Assembly (NCBI GenBank): GCA_001949185.1
Contig: BDGG01000006.1
Coordinates: 850,827-914,826, forward strand
Origin: Ramazzottius varieornatus
Taxonomy: Eukaryota > Animalia > Tardigrada
Direction of reading: 5' to 3'
DNA length: 64,000 bases
Positions within the stretch are counted from its first letter, which is position 1; every line of letters begins with the position of its first letter. Shown here one piece after another: positions 30,524 through 43,711 of this stretch. The notes beneath the pieces were generated by a model. That model was not told the origin of the DNA, made no database searches, and worked only from the letters and a program-made list of their open reading frames with translations. Both the position numbers and the translations under genes were made by a program.

Positions 30524-30743
30524 CAGTGTTATTTTACAATGCAATTAGAATTATTGAAAGTCACGTACTGAAGTCAAGTCTACGTGATCAGCTGACTGTA
30601 AGTAAAATCAATTATCAATTATTAAAATTGAAATTCGATTTCGTATTATGGATCAATCAGTCAAGCAAAAACCCACCCCGCACAACTAAAACGGTTTTAA
30701 TTATGAAAATCGATTTCCTACTATAATGATCAAAATAACACTG
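30524..30743. mobile_element. hAT-type MITE, copy 1
   Basis: TIR CAGTGTTATTTT/AAAATAACACTG; perfect 8-bp TSD GTCGAAAT (30516-30523, 30744-30751). Confidence 0.85.
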
Positions 30744-30896
30744 GTCGAAATGTCTTCAAGGGTTTGCGAACTCTGCCTTTAACGTGTCTTCGTTAACATG
30801 ACTAGAACTAACTCAACCACATACCACACCACTGAACACCGTACCCGCACATCGCTACTTGATGACTTGATTCCATCTCTCTCACAGTCAGCGGTA

Positions 30897-32914
30897 CTGT
30901 ATACTCACGTACGTCACTCCATTCAGAGTGTAAAACTAGAGAAAGAGTTCGCATACGGTGACCATAACAGTTTGAGTCACATTGACGTCATCAGAACTAA
31001 TCAAGCAAATCATTCGTATACTATAAACTTGTTAGATTCCGCTACGTAACTCACTTAAGCACGAAATTCCACCGACTGCTTTGTTTTTCTCGTCTGGCTT
31101 TAGCGAAACTTAGTAACATCTGCCTCAATCGTCTTCATTGTCCTTTTACAGTAGGGGCCCTTGGTCTCACATTACGTCAGGGGACTTATTACGGTTCAAA
31201 CGTACACAGCTGACTACTGTGAGGTCATGATTTCGGCTAGTCCGTTTTGGGCACGTAACAGCGGAATTTGAGAAAACTGTCTCTTGTGTTAAAGTGATAT
31301 CGTGCTTGATATTTCTGTCCTCTTTGCTTCTCTTAAAGCGTTTTGAGACTGTCACTTGAAAATCAGAAGCCTTCCGTCAAGCAACTTAAGCTGCCAGCTT
31401 ATCCTCAAGTTGATGAAACAATGCTCAGAATTCTCAAGGAGGTGCGTCAGGGAGGTACCTGTATTACCAAACGTTGGTTGAGAGACATGACAGTGCTTTT
31501 CGCGGAATCGGAAGGGATTTCTGAATTCAGAGCGAGCAAAGGATGGCTCCGAAGATTTTGCAAGCTTTACGGTTACAGTACCAAAATTCTTCATGGTATG
31601 TTTCAATCTGTATGGTTGTCCTCATCTTGCTTGAATTCCCTGAACACTGTAGCAGTAAGATGTTTTCTTGTGTTCACAGGAGAAGGTTCCACTGCGGACG
31701 TCTCGGCCTTGGAGAAGTGGTACAGCGACGATTTGCCTAACATACTTTTGGAGTTTGATCTCAAAGATATCTGGAATGCAGATGAAAAGGGTCTTTTCTA
31801 CCGTCAAGTTCCCAACAAGTCGCTGGTTGGAGAGGAAGAAGGAATACCCAAAGGCGTCAAGCTGAAGAAAGAGCGAATCACTGTACTTCTGTCAGGAAAT
31901 GCGCTGGGTGAACGATTTCCGGTGTGGCTGGCCGGATAATCGGAACAACCTTCACCAAAGCTGGAGTGAGCAGCCGTGATTCCATCGAACATAACTTCTA
32001 TTACAGGCATAATTCTACAAACTGGATGACAGGAAAGATCTTTTCAGAATTCCTGGAAGAACTCAACAAGAAGATGATCAGCCAGGAACGCTGAATTGCT
32101 TTGATCGTCGACAACTTTTCAGGTCATAAGGTTAACGAAACCTCCAACATTCGGCTGTTTTTCTTACCTCCGAACTGAACATCAGCCTTTCGATGCAGGA
32201 ATAATTAAGTCGTTTAAAGACCATTTCCGGCGCAGAATGTGTCACGACGTCTACGCCAAGAGGGAGTCTTTCAAGACTGCTGAAGGCTACTTCAAAGGAG
32301 TCACCGTTTGGGATGCTTGTTTGTGGTCAGTTGAAGCTGACGAAGCTGTGTCTGTCCAAACTAGGATTAATTGCTTTCGGATTGCAAAATTAAGTACGAG
32401 ACTGTTGATCAACATTTGCCTCGATTGGATAATGAGTTTAGTTTCGCTGACCTTGTCCCTGGGGAATCTGAATTCCATTCACTAGTGGAATACGATGACG
32501 AAGGAGGAGAGGGTAGCGATGAAGACACTTTGTGAGTTTTGATACGAAGAGCTCAGGGAATTCTAGAAGTCCTAACTTTACGGTTGAGCATAACTTTCAA
32601 TTTTGGCAGCTGCAGTTGAGTAAAGTCGGTCCAACTTAATGACGTCACACAGTACAGTAGAGCATTAAGGACTGCAAAACAGTGCTAGTGACGTACCGTG
32701 AGACTAAAGGCCCCTACTGTACTCTAACACTAATAATGGGCAAGCTGAAGACTTGAGAACAAGAAGAATCGAGAACTAGCTGAAGAATCGGTTTTAATAT
32801 AAATAATCGGTAATTCCGTCATGGAACCACGTCAGTTTTAGTTTGTATTTTCGCCACGGTAAGACCCCAATGATTTGAGTCAGCGACGTACGTGAATTTC
32901 GGGAGAGCATACAG
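30897..32914. mobile_element. Split or longer copy of the TA-flanked MITE at 33603-33716, enclosing a pogo element
   Basis: 30897-30940 and 32856-32914 are the two halves of the 114-bp MITE (..GAGTGTAAAACTAGA | CGGTAAGACCCCAATG..); TA flanks on both outer ends. Confidence 0.6.
31149..32719 (+). mobile_element. pogo/Tigger (CENP-B-like) DNA transposon, transposase pseudogenised
   Basis: 22-bp TIR CAGTAGGGGCC(C/T)TT(G/A)GTCTCAC, TA TSD; FRASKGWLRRF, DIWNADEKGLFY, KERITVLL, WMT..IF, LIVDNFSGH and FLPPN motifs; one apparent intron, stops and frameshifts. Confidence 0.9.
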
Positions 32915-32919
32915 TACAC

Positions 32920-33115
32920 GGATTTCGCCGGCGTGAGGAGTAACATCTCCGCCGGCGTTTGGTCTGCCGTTTCCACCGGCGCGTACAATGATAACTGAGA
33001 CGATATGATACAGACTTCGCCGGCTTGAACCGTGGCATCTCCGCCGGCGTGTGAAATGATAACGTCGACGGTTTATACGAAGACAACTCCGCCGGCGTGA
33101 AAATTCGCAACTCTA
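32920..33115. repeat. CGCCGGCG subterminal repeats ending in GCAACTCTA (probable single end of a hAT-like element)
   Basis: About six CGCCGGCG-like copies followed by the reverse complement of TAGAGTTGC; the other end was not found. Confidence 0.4.
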
Positions 33116-33602
33116 GTGGTTTATGAGTATTTTTGAAATACGTTGACAAGTTTGAAAACGCGCCTTTCAACTCCAGAAGAGGTGCTCGAAATATTGGGAT
33201 CGTCGTTGAGGATGTCGGTTTTCAGTTCGTTCGAGTTCGAGTCGTCTCGGTTGTTCCATTCCGCGTCGAAAGTGAGTGTAGAACGATCGGGGAGTATACC
33301 TTGACTGAGGTGGCACCGAAAGTCAGAACAGACCCAGGAAGAAAAAAAGGGGGAAGGCGGAAACAAATAAAAACCTCGCGTTGCGAACCCCAGCAACTGG
33401 CTTGGTCGGAGCCGCTATTTCCGGCTACGGCGTTTACATATGCTGAGCGTACGTCGTTGTGAGGGTCCGAGTTACGGTGCGGTGTTACGATTATTTTTCG
33501 AAATTGTAGTGTATTACGGTTACGAGTTTAGTGGTTGTCTGGATACGCTGAAGGTTACACTGAAGGCAACATTCGCAAACCACCGAAGACATTTTGACGG
33601 TA

Positions 33603-33716
33603 CTGTATGCTCTCCCCGAAATTCACGTATGTCACTGACTCTCAAATCATTGGGTCTTACCGTCTAGTTTTACACTCTGAATGGAGCGACGTACGTGAAT
33701 TCGGGAGAGAATACAG
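33603..33716. mobile_element. 114-bp TA-flanked MITE (Tc1/mariner-type); inverted partial copy at 34198-34285
   Basis: TIR CTGTATGCTCTCCCCGAAATTCACGTA / TACGTGAATTCGGGAGAGAATACAG with TA on both sides. Confidence 0.75.
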
Positions 33717-35601
33717 TATCACTTTTCCACCAGCCTTCTCACAAAACTTACACGTAGCCACCCGATGATTCGTCTTGCCGTACTTCTTCCCAAGACGTGT
33801 GAAGTGCTCCCAGATATTCAGCCGACATTTCATTCTCTTTTTCTCCAAGCAATCATCCACCAAGGGGATTTAATCATTGGAAGAATCCATCGCAAACAGG
33901 AGTACATCAAAGATACAAATCATGAGAATTAGAAGAAATCGATATGCATCCAGAATACGATTAGTCTCTCCGAAAGTGGGCAGGGCAATGAAAGTCGGCA
34001 GGGCAAGCGCTGTGCACTGAAATACACCAGTGTAATACGTGATGTGCACAGTATATAGCATTGCATGTGCGCGTTTAGGCAGCTAATGCCTTATTGTGCG
34101 CAGTGCGGGTCCCGGTTTTTGTACTGGGCAATTACATTAGAAAACTTGCCATTACCTTGACTGTAAGCCGTGATGGCTTGCTATGCTTTGCCTTCGCGTC
34201 ACTCCATTCAGAGTGTAAAACTAGACGGTAAGACCCCAATGATTTTAGAGTCAGTGACGTACGTGAATTTCGGAAGAGCATGCAGTACCAGCAAAGTTGC
34301 AGGCTGATCCAGCCATGCAACATCAAGGTGCGATCGGTGCTTGGTGTACTGTCTTGTACAAGAAGTACTTTCAGAAAAACTCTACCTCGCTGCGTCCTTC
34401 TATTCTTCACCACTCGAACAACAAGGACGCATTCGATGAGCGGTACACGTCGCAGTTCAAAAACTCGTTGGATTTTCGGTCATACGCTAGCTGTGATCAC
34501 CCCGAACTTGCTACGCGAATACTGTCGATCTCACCTCACGCAGCTGGAGTCGAAAGATTGTGGAGCAGGATAGATGGTGTACGCACCAAAGCCCGAAACC
34601 TAATGAAGGTGGACCTTGTCACTGGAGTCTGCGCGGTAGCGATACAGCTGCAAGAATAGCGGAAGAGGAGTGCCGAGACCGATAAAGGCAATTAATTGAT
34701 ATGGACTGATCAGTGATTTCAAAACTTAGTTATGATAGCACGATATTATAACGGGAGTTTTATTTCTAAAAGTACTTGGCATGACGAATCTAATCTGGAT
34801 GCACAGGCAAGGTCTCCGCCATTGACGCCCAACCGAAGAAGTAGCTTAAATATCAGGTCTTGTACCAGTCCATCGAATATCAATTGCCTTTACCTTTAAA
34901 GCGCAAGACACGACCAAGCATGGAAAGAGTGCTCTGAGCGAAACGGAGGATGGAGTGCTAGAAATTATCCAGACTGCAGGCCCTTCTGCTGACCAAGAAC
35001 TCGAAGGTGAGAGCCAAGTTAACGCAGAAATCTCCGCCATTAATACTCAGTTCGACGAGTTCTTGACTGACGCGATGGAGGATGAACTGACAGACGATGA
35101 TGATGGAATGGTCGTGCCGGTTTCTACTGGCTTCCGAACTCTGAAGCATTTGTTTGGATATAATTCGCCTGCTACATGTAAAAGGCTCTTCAAAGTGGAA
35201 CTTTGTTCTACTGTACTTGCCGTTCGTATTGCTTAACCGAGGTGGTCAGTTCAGTCTGTCCTAGTTCCTTGGAGGTTTGAACGGTCGTGTTGTTTTGTTG
35301 CAGCTTCAAGCTGGATCTTTCTGTTAGAATCTCGAGAAGGTATTTGTTCTTCGTAAAGATTAATGATTACTGCAGAAAACCGGTTTCCGGAACCGCGGAT
35401 GGAATTCGTAATTTGTGTCGACTCAGTTTGAAAAAGGAATACAGGAATATAGAATTATTAGAAATTTCTTTCCTATTTTCCATTCCAAGAGCTCCCAGCT
35501 AGGAATGCACAATTAACTGAATTCAGAGGGGCGAGCACATTTTAGAGAGAGGAGCAACTAAACATTGGAACGCTTCCGACTTCGTCAGCTGATAGGAAAA
35601 G

Positions 35602-35832
35602 CAGTGTTATTTTAATCATTATAATAGGAAATCGATTTCGATGATTAAAATCGTTTTAATTGTGCTGGTTGGTGTTCGCTTGATTGATTGATCCATCATA
35701 AAAATCGAATTTTGATTTTGATAATTGAAATTCGTCAGCGATATTTGATTTTACTTACAGTAAGCTGATCATGTAGACTTAACATTACCACGTGACTTTT
35801 AATAATTTTAATCACATAGTAAACTAACACTG
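35602..35832. mobile_element. hAT-type MITE, copy 2 (inverted relative to 30524-30743)
   Basis: TIR CAGTGTTA/TAACACTG; internal sequence is a diverged reverse complement of copy 1; TSD AGGAAAAG/AGAAAAAG. Confidence 0.8.
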
Positions 35833-35891
35833 AGAAAAAGTTCCATTTTGACTTAGAGAAGCCGGAAATGGGGACGGTGCGTGGTAGTGAT

Positions 35892-36274
35892 TAGAGCCCT
35901 GCAGCAGTAGCTGAAACCAGTGCTGCAACTGCACTGCATCTGCAATTCTGTGCTGTTTTACAAACTGCAACTGAACTGCACTGCTTTTCGAAAATTGAGA
36001 GTTTCTACCCACCAACGGAGATGCATGTCAAACACAACGTAAACGTCGTTGTTTTACGGAGATTCAACCGAAAAACGGCCGGAAAATGCAAAAAAAGCCG
36101 GTTTCACTACTGTTTTCTAGCCCACAAAATTATACAGCGATGAAAGGTGCTCACTTTTTCAAAACTGCACCTGCACTGCAACTGCATTTTCTCACCATTT
36201 CGGCGACTGCAACTGCACTGTATTGCAGTAAAATGCAGTGCAGTGCAGAACGTGCTGCATGTTGCAGGGCTCTA
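35892..36274. mobile_element. Third-level hAT MITE with CTGCA subterminal repeats
   Basis: TIR TAGAGCCCTGCA(G/A)CA; perfect TSD GTAGTGAT (35884-35891, 36275-36282). Confidence 0.88.
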
Positions 36275-36345
36275 GTAGTGATGTTCTAATATAGTAATAT
36301 TAAATTAAAGTAGATGATAGTAGATGGTTTGAGCATTTACTATAT

Positions 36346-37367
36346 GGGTACTCTCAAGTAGAAACCCTAGATCATGCGAAAATTCCGAAATGTGATTTTC
36401 TTAGCCTATCTTGTAGAGAAAGAAAGCTGCATCCAACTCTAAAATGCCGCCAAAGGCCGCACACAAAGAAGTCGGCAAAAAACGTTCAAATTTCGTCGCC
36501 CTTGGGAAGAAAAACAACCTCCTGAATGACACTGTTTTTCCCTAAAAGTATGCAAATGTGGAGATTTTTGACTTTTATTAATTAAGAACTGCTGCGCCTC
36601 AAGTATTCATGGCTGTTCACATCCATAAGCAGCGCAGTTGATGAACATTCAAACCGTCTGTACTGTGAGTTGGCCAACAGAGAAGTGTACATGAGACAAG
36701 CCAGAGTAGGTAAAGCTGAACAGAGACAGACAGAGTACTGTAGAAAATGCGGCTTGAACGTGTATATAAGGTTGGGCGGTATTCGGCTGAGCACGCAGAG
36801 CGAACATCACTTCCCGGTGGCTGAGGCGATCCTTATTAAGGAACAAGACGAAGCAGATGCCTGCAAGTGTCACCATAACTATTATAGCGAATGCGATAAG
36901 AATTATACACGTATCTGGACTTACCCAACGAGTTACGTGAAAGGGTCGGTCAACAGGTGAAGCACTTTGTGACGTTTGTAAAAGGTGAAGCACCGTTCAG
37001 CTGAAGTGGTTCAACTGGAAGGCGTACCTCGAACCCCGTCACGACGAAGTGAAGGGCATACAGGGATCCTTCCACTTCCGGCTGTTCAAAAGCGAAGATC
37101 AAGGTGTAAAGCTCCGAAACTGCGCTGTCGAAGGGGACGCAGAGAAAGAGCTGGTCCTCGAATACAATCACAAAACGAGAGTAAGGAAGGACACTCAGGC
37201 AGAACGTCAAAAGTGCGTAGACGAGAGGCCTACCTCGAGGGAGCTCTGCGTTGCTCTATCGCATCGTACAGAAACCCTCGGATCGCCCTCAGGCGCCCAG
37301 ACACAAAAAGTCGATTCCTGAACAGTTGGAAAAATTTATGATTTAGGGTTTCTACTTGACACTACCC
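36346..37367 (+). mobile_element. TIR DNA transposon with decayed ORF; superfamily uncertain (Sola-like or ISL2EU/Harbinger-like)
   Basis: 30-bp TIR GGGTA(C/G)T(C/G)TCAAGTAGAAACCCTA(G/A)ATCAT; flanks AT|GGG..CCC|AT; ORF remnant HHFPV..HNYYSECDKNY. Confidence 0.7.
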
Positions 37368-38892
37368 ATAGTTAGTAATATTTAGTAAACAGAATTGGGC
37401 ACCGCATTCCAATATTCATGTTTTATTAGCTTGAAACCGGAAGTACGATATTTTATTATTATTAAGTTGTCCATCATCTATAGTAAAATATATTTAATAC
37501 GGGTAACGCTACCGCTGATTTGAAGAACTGGTTGATTTGCTGTGTTCTGATGTGTGTGCGTTGGTTTTTCGATGTGCGACCACGCCCTATAAAGTGCGCT
37601 ACACCCTAATGATGCCCCTACAGCAGCACAGTAGCGCTACTGCAAAATAGATACCCTTAAACATCGTGCACCTCCGTACAGGCTGACACTTCAACCGGCC
37701 ATGTTACAGTGTGCAGGTGTAGGGTGCAAGCTGTACTACAGTATTTTTGCTGATCTGATGGTTGTAATTCTGAATCTTCAAATTTTCCGTCGGGCTCTCC
37801 GATATTAAAATATATTTTGATAACAAACCCCCGAAAGTTCTACTATAGTAATATTTTATTAAATCAGGTAGACGTTTTACTATAGTAGTGGTTACTTATT
37901 AGAACTTTGATGGACGGCGGATATTTATTATTATTATGTTAAATCTCATTAACCCATATCAGAACATCACTAGTGCGTGGGGAAGCTGGGGAAGCTCACG
38001 TGAAATAAAATCAGCGCACTGCGACGTGCACCTGCATGTGCCGTCCCTGCGCTCATGCATACAACGCGATCTGATTGATTTAAAATCCACAAATCTGTGG
38101 TACGAACAAGGTTTTCCAAGCCGTTGCAAATTTTGACTGGGTGCTGTGTCCACACTGCTGTACGCACCCGGTGCGTACGTAAAACCGACTGCGCTGTGGG
38201 CTGGCTCGTTGCACGGGTGGGCTGGTCTTCCGCTGAAATTTCAAGCTTGCCGAAAGCCAATCAAATTTGCCGTCTCCATTTCCGGCTTCTCTAGTTTGAC
38301 TGCGCCAAAGGCAGGTCGTGGCAAGGTAGAGCTCGGGCCGCTCGGCAAACAAACTTGACAAGATCTGCTTTGTGACTTGCCCAAGTGACGTACGCTTCTA
38401 GCCAGTAACAATGAGAACGTGCGCCACTTAAGGAAATTCGACAAGATGGTCTTTACGTGGCGCAAGCTTCTAGCCAACGCTACTGAGAAAGTGCGCCATT
38501 CAGAGAAATGATCTGGTCGAGTGTTTGCGGAACTATTGTTATTTTCCAGATCTGATTTCAGACCAGACAAAATACTTTAGTCACGAAAAGCCAGGAAGAC
38601 TGACCATAAGTTCGTATCGTTCTTCGAGAGTGCTCAAAAACACAGACATATAAAAGCACAGGATGCAACATCCGTTACATCCTGAAAGAACGCACGCTGC
38701 AAAATATATCGGCATGCGCCAGACTGATGAGTATATCAAAGGTGTTTTACAGCAAAGAAAGTAACATCGGAATCCTAACGCACTAAATATGGGTTAAAAA
38801 TCACACTGAAGTCCAGAAAGCCAAGCAGGTTACTGCAAATACAAAGCCAAGCCTGAGCACAAAATAAAAGAGGCCAAGAAACCTAGAAAGAG

Positions 38893-40911
38893 TCACACAG
38901 TCACCATCCGCATGGCTGCCATTCCTCTCTCTACAACACTAATATCGAGAACTTCCGGCTTCTGTATCTGACTCTGAACTTTCTCGTTTTTCTTCCGTGC
39001 GCGCTTTTCCTTCTTGGACAGAGCCTACATTACACGAGAAAAATTCGAAACGATTCAGCCAGACGATGGAAGCTGGGCAAACAAACCCGACAATATTGCT
39101 TTCCCAAGTGGCGTACGCTGTCGGTTTACTGGCTCAAAGATCAAACCATGCGTCACTTAGGTCCTATTCTACAAATCGCACACGTTTTCAATGTTTTTGA
39201 ATGAAGCCGTGCGCCATTTGGGAAAACGGTCTTGTCGAGTTTGTTGGCCCCAAATAAACAAATAATAAATCTCTTACTTTTTCTTTTGGAGAGATCGGAT
39301 TATTCTTATTCTTCACTGCCTTAGATTCTTCCTGTGGCGCCTCACTCGTCACTTCAGCAGGGCCTGACGAGAGAACTGCAGAGGGCTCGGATAAGGCAGC
39401 AGAAAAAACAGTCTTTTCAATGGACACGTCTTCTTCAGGTTTGGTTTCACCGGAAGTGTCTTCGACGGAAGCGATAAGTGGCAAATCAGGCGTCACCGTT
39501 GAGTCAACTTCTCCATCTGGCAAGAGTGACTGATCTTTCTCAAAGCTGCCCTCGTTCTCGGAAGGTTCGGACAGGCGGCTTGAAGGATCAGTTGAGCCAT
39601 CAAGACTTTCGGAATCTGGAAAACACACAGCACTTTCAGGCGCAAACCAACTGGAACGACATCTCAAATTCATCCAGATCGTTGCCACAACTGGCGCACA
39701 CTCACGGCGCAACTGGCTGACAGCCTGCGCCACTTGGAAAATTGTCAGGAATACTGAAAAAATATAGTTGTTCTTACCGACGCCGGAGTCTTTATCGTCA
39801 TCCGGACCTTCGCTTAGAGGTGAGGAAGAAGTCAGAGGGATATCTTCGAGTTTTCTCGTGTCTTGAACATACTGAATCTGTTCTTTATTGGGATCGCTCA
39901 GGAGGAGGACGTTGGCAGGACGTTTGATGGCTTCGTTCTGCTCGTCGAAACGGATGCTGTCGTAGTGGTTACCACCAGTGTACAAAATGTGTACCTGTTT
40001 AAACCGGGAGGGATCCACGTCTTGACATGGAGGAAGCTGAAAAGGACAAACCATCTAACTACAGCCTTTTTTATTCTGTTAATGACTCTTACCTGAAGAG
40101 TGATTTTTTCATCGGGCTGATGTACGAAAACCACCCTCTTGAAAACACGCGCAAAGGCAACAAGGCTTTCCTGTCCACCAAAAGTCCCATTCTTCTTTAG
40201 CTTCTTCACTGTAAAAATATCAAACGAATTACATCATTGCTTCGACAACCAACAGCGAAGTGAAAAAGAAAAATGTTTGAAGGATGCGCGAACTGATCCA
40301 AACTTTCGAAGCAGGGTGAAATCACTTACAGCGTTCGTCAAACGTTTTCTCTTCCTCCTGCTCATGAAAGATGGCGTACTCGTCCTTGTGGTCTGCCTGG
40401 AAACATACAAACAGATGAGCATGGTATCATAATCCTAATTTGTGAGACAAGACGAAATTCTTCTCAAGTGCAAAATTTGTAATAAAGACTTTTCTCAACA
40501 AGCGTTACAACACGAGCAAACTTACGACATGTTGCACCACTTTTGTCCTGTAGAAGCTGTGATTTGTTTCACTACCTTCAACCTGATCAGCAAAAGCTCG
40601 GAAAAGACAGTTTCTGCAAGGAAAAAACAACTTGCAGTGTCGGAAAGAAGGTAAACAAATCAACAATCAAGGGCTTACCCGTCTCCCATCATCTTCCGGA
40701 TCTTTAGTCCAAAGGCAGCAAAGTACTCCTCATAATCGAATCCCGTGTTGGCTTTGCTTTTCTTCTTGCAGGCACGGGCTGGCTGCCGTCTAGAAGGTTC
40801 AGTAGCAGGTGTAGAATCGGTGGAAGAGGAATTCTTGTCCCGTGTCGAGGAAGATGACTTTTGAGCCTTTCCTTTGTGCTTGCCTCCACCCCCTCCCTTT
40901 TTCTTGGCCAT
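38893..40911 (-). CDS. OTU-domain deubiquitinase, OTUD3-like, 7 exons
   Basis: GLKIRKMMGDGNCLFRAFADQVEG (Cys), NGTFGGQESLVAFAR, HILYTGGNHYDSIR (His); basic N-terminus and LSKKEKRARKK C-terminus. Confidence 0.88.
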
Positions 40912-41639
40912 GCTGTTCCTGCAGAAGAGCATGAACAGAGGTTTGCTGACTACATGATCAAGGTAGTACAACAAGCATGTTGGTGCAATGGAAGCTACGC
41001 GCGAATTGAGTTGACTCAACTGCGTCACTTACGTTGCCTAGTGGAGCGGCTCAATCGGCGTTCCGGCGTCGTGCGATGCTACTTCGTGGTCAGGAGGCTT
41101 CCGCAATGAAGGGGAAGAAACAGTGCATTTCAGCGCGGAGATGAAATCAAGAACCGATCACCCAAGGCGGGGAGAAATTTCAAGACAGGATGTCGTCGAT
41201 GATGAAGATCGACGAGTTTCCATTTGATACGGTGGCGCACAGTCTAACGCGCAGAAAACGTAAGCGCAGATGGGTATGTCGTAATTACAGCGAGTTAGAA
41301 AACGTTAACTGAGGTCTGCGAGTTTGAGCAGTGATGGTAACCGAGAAATACGTGAGAATCCCTGATTGATTTGATGGAGCCGGTCAAGACTTTCTGGCCC
41401 AGACTGCCAACACGTTTGAAGGAACGGAACGGGGATAATCTTAATCCCCCTGTGGTATTAGAGGCTGGAGCAGAGCGCCCCGGGGTGGAAAATCTGGCAT
41501 TTTTTGGCATTCCTGATATTATTAATTTTTGTTTGATCATCCAGCATTCCGGACTTCTGGGCAGTCCCTACAGCGACGTTAGAGAGTACGTATACAGCGG
41601 CCTGCTTCTTGCAGAGCTAATTTCGTTGACAAAGAATGT

Positions 41640-42150
41640 GAAAAAGAGAGAAGAAGCACGATGGGGACACCGCACAGCCGAAGAAGTCCAAGCCCGAGGT
41701 GGCGGTGCAGATGAAGGAAGACCGGGAAACGAAGACAACAACGTCATTGATGAGGAATCGAGCGACAAGAGCAACGGTAGAAAGAACGGGACTGTAGGTG
41801 AGAATGGTGTCTTCGGGGGAATGGTGCACGGGGAGTTTGGACTGCCGGGATTCGAAGGGAGTGCGCGCTGAACACAACCGGGCTCACTACCAAGGTCCCC
41901 TGGAACCCTCCACCTGTTGGCGCGTGTTTGTCAAGGTGCTCCGGTTAGAGTTGGACTGTGTTACCTGGTCTGCGGCTAACGCTGGTGGGCCGTTCGACGG
42001 TCACGGCCTGCAGTATCTGGATGACCGAGGCCTCATCTGGCCCTATCCTGACCAGCAGTTGCACTGGGTGATAAAAGCTCTGGACAACTTGGACAAGATC
42101 GACTTGAATGCCGTGAAGTTCATCGACAAACAATGGAAGGAAACCAGGCT
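41640..42150 (+). pseudogene. Degraded paralogue of the 10834-12495 F-box-like family
   Basis: IWPYPDQQLHWVIKALDNL aligns with VWQYPPDQVTWLSKCLEVL; stops upstream; a palindrome cluster follows at the equivalent intron position. Confidence 0.5.
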
Positions 42151-43711
42151 CGTTCACAGATTCCCTATTAAAATGAGAACGCGACAAACAAGCTCGATCA
42201 GGTCGTTTTTCGAAGTGGCGCACGTTATCAATCTAATACTGGCGGAAAGCGTGCGCCACTTGGAGTCTTGGACAAGCGATCTTTTCGCGTCTAATCGTTT
42301 TCCCAAGTGGCGCATGCTTCCACTATTAATTACTGTAATATTGGCTGAAGCAAGCGCCACATGGAAAAACGATCTCGTTGAGTTTGCTTGTTGAGTAGGT
42401 CCCAAATGTACAGTATGTGTAGGCACAAGACATGAACTTCTATCACCTTCTCTGAGCGCCAACTTGCAAATGAATAGTCGTAAAAAGCAGTGTAAGGGTT
42501 CCTCACGCCGTTATGATTTTGTCACGGAATAGACTCGACACATGATAATCCGCCCTTACCGCACTTTGATTGTGACACTCGCGCAGCCATTTCTGGTCGG
42601 TCTAATAACATCCCAGTAAGTCTCGGATCCCTCTTGACAAAAGAAATCTTGAAATAATCACTTTAGTATACTGTTGACTTTTCTTCCGCGATCCGTTCAT
42701 GCAACTCTCGATTTTTTCACCAGACAGCTATTTGCGATCCAGGCAGGTAAACTTGCAGTCTCTCGGTAACACTTCGCATTGAGAATTCTCTCGTGCATTT
42801 ATGAATGCACGACATGTCTAGTTATGCCAGCCTGACCGTTGCCTACGAAAGGAAATTTATTAGCTTAGACAATCCAGTCGACGACCTCCTCGATGTTGAG
42901 AGGAATAAAAGAAAAATTGGCAGAAGAAAAATGGAAAACGTTTTGCAAAACATAGACTTAAGAATATCGTTATACACTGCTTTTCAGAGCAGGAAGTGCC
43001 AACGGGGGCCATAAAAGTATTCAAACTTACAGTATACCGCGGTTTCCTTCTCTCTCTGCGATACAGTCGGCGTATGGACGGGAATGACTTGTTTTTTTTC
43101 AGCTAGCCGGAGACCTGAAGCAAGATCCTTCACTATCAATGTTGCGAGTCTGAGTCTCTTCACGCTAATAATACCGGTTTCTGACTAGTGATCTGTAAAC
43201 AATCGAACTTTTCCGTTGTTCTACAGGGGACAAACAAAATTCTACTTAATAGAATATTGGTGTGCGTAGCTTTGCGTTACAAGTTCGGGACACCGGCATA
43301 CTTGCTCCGCTTGTGTCCACGCGAAAGAAGTGCTATGTAATAACGACGCATCCAAGACTGAGCGATCTCTGTGAGACCTAGCTGTCTATGATACTCGGAA
43401 CGCAAGCCCGCATTTGGACCTTGTTGCGGTGCGTTTGTTGTTGGCGTCAATCAGTGTTACCGTCGACGATATTCTTACTGAAGATGTTGCGGTGCATACT
43501 CAAGACTTTATTAAAATACAAAGAAAATGAAAGTTCTTGCCAAGCCGCTTCGCCCCACATTTCTCACTCTTGCGTTTTCGAAAGAAACAAGAACTGCAAA
43601 ATCGAAAATCATTTTTCGAGATGTCATATGCTAAGCCGCCCTAATCTATCAAGCTAGCCATGGGTAAGAAAAATACTACATTTCGATGCGGTCGGCAAAG
43701 GCAACAAGGTA

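Larger units (their letters stand above)
30350..35510. mobile_element. Degenerate, rearranged hAT transposon containing nested elements
   Basis: BED finger fragment IWEHFTRL..ATCKFC (33720-33863, minus); hAT dimerisation-domain fragment PELATRILSISPHAAGVERLWS..RTKARN (34297-34659, plus); imperfect terminal inverted repeats ATTCCTA.CT.GGA with GGAAT/ATTCC subterminal motifs at about 30350-30440 and 35380-35510. Boundaries are approximate. Confidence 0.6.
35885..37972. mobile_element. Second-level hAT MITE
   Basis: TIR TAGTGATGTTCT(A/G)ATAT with the left copy split by a further insertion; perfect TSD GTGCGTGG (35877-35884, 37973-37980). Confidence 0.8.
35854..38293. mobile_element. Outer hAT MITE of a nested stack
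   Basis: 24-bp TIR TAGAGAAGCCGGAAATGG(G/A)GACGG at 35854 and 38270-38293; TSD TTTTGACT/GTTTGACT. Confidence 0.8.
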
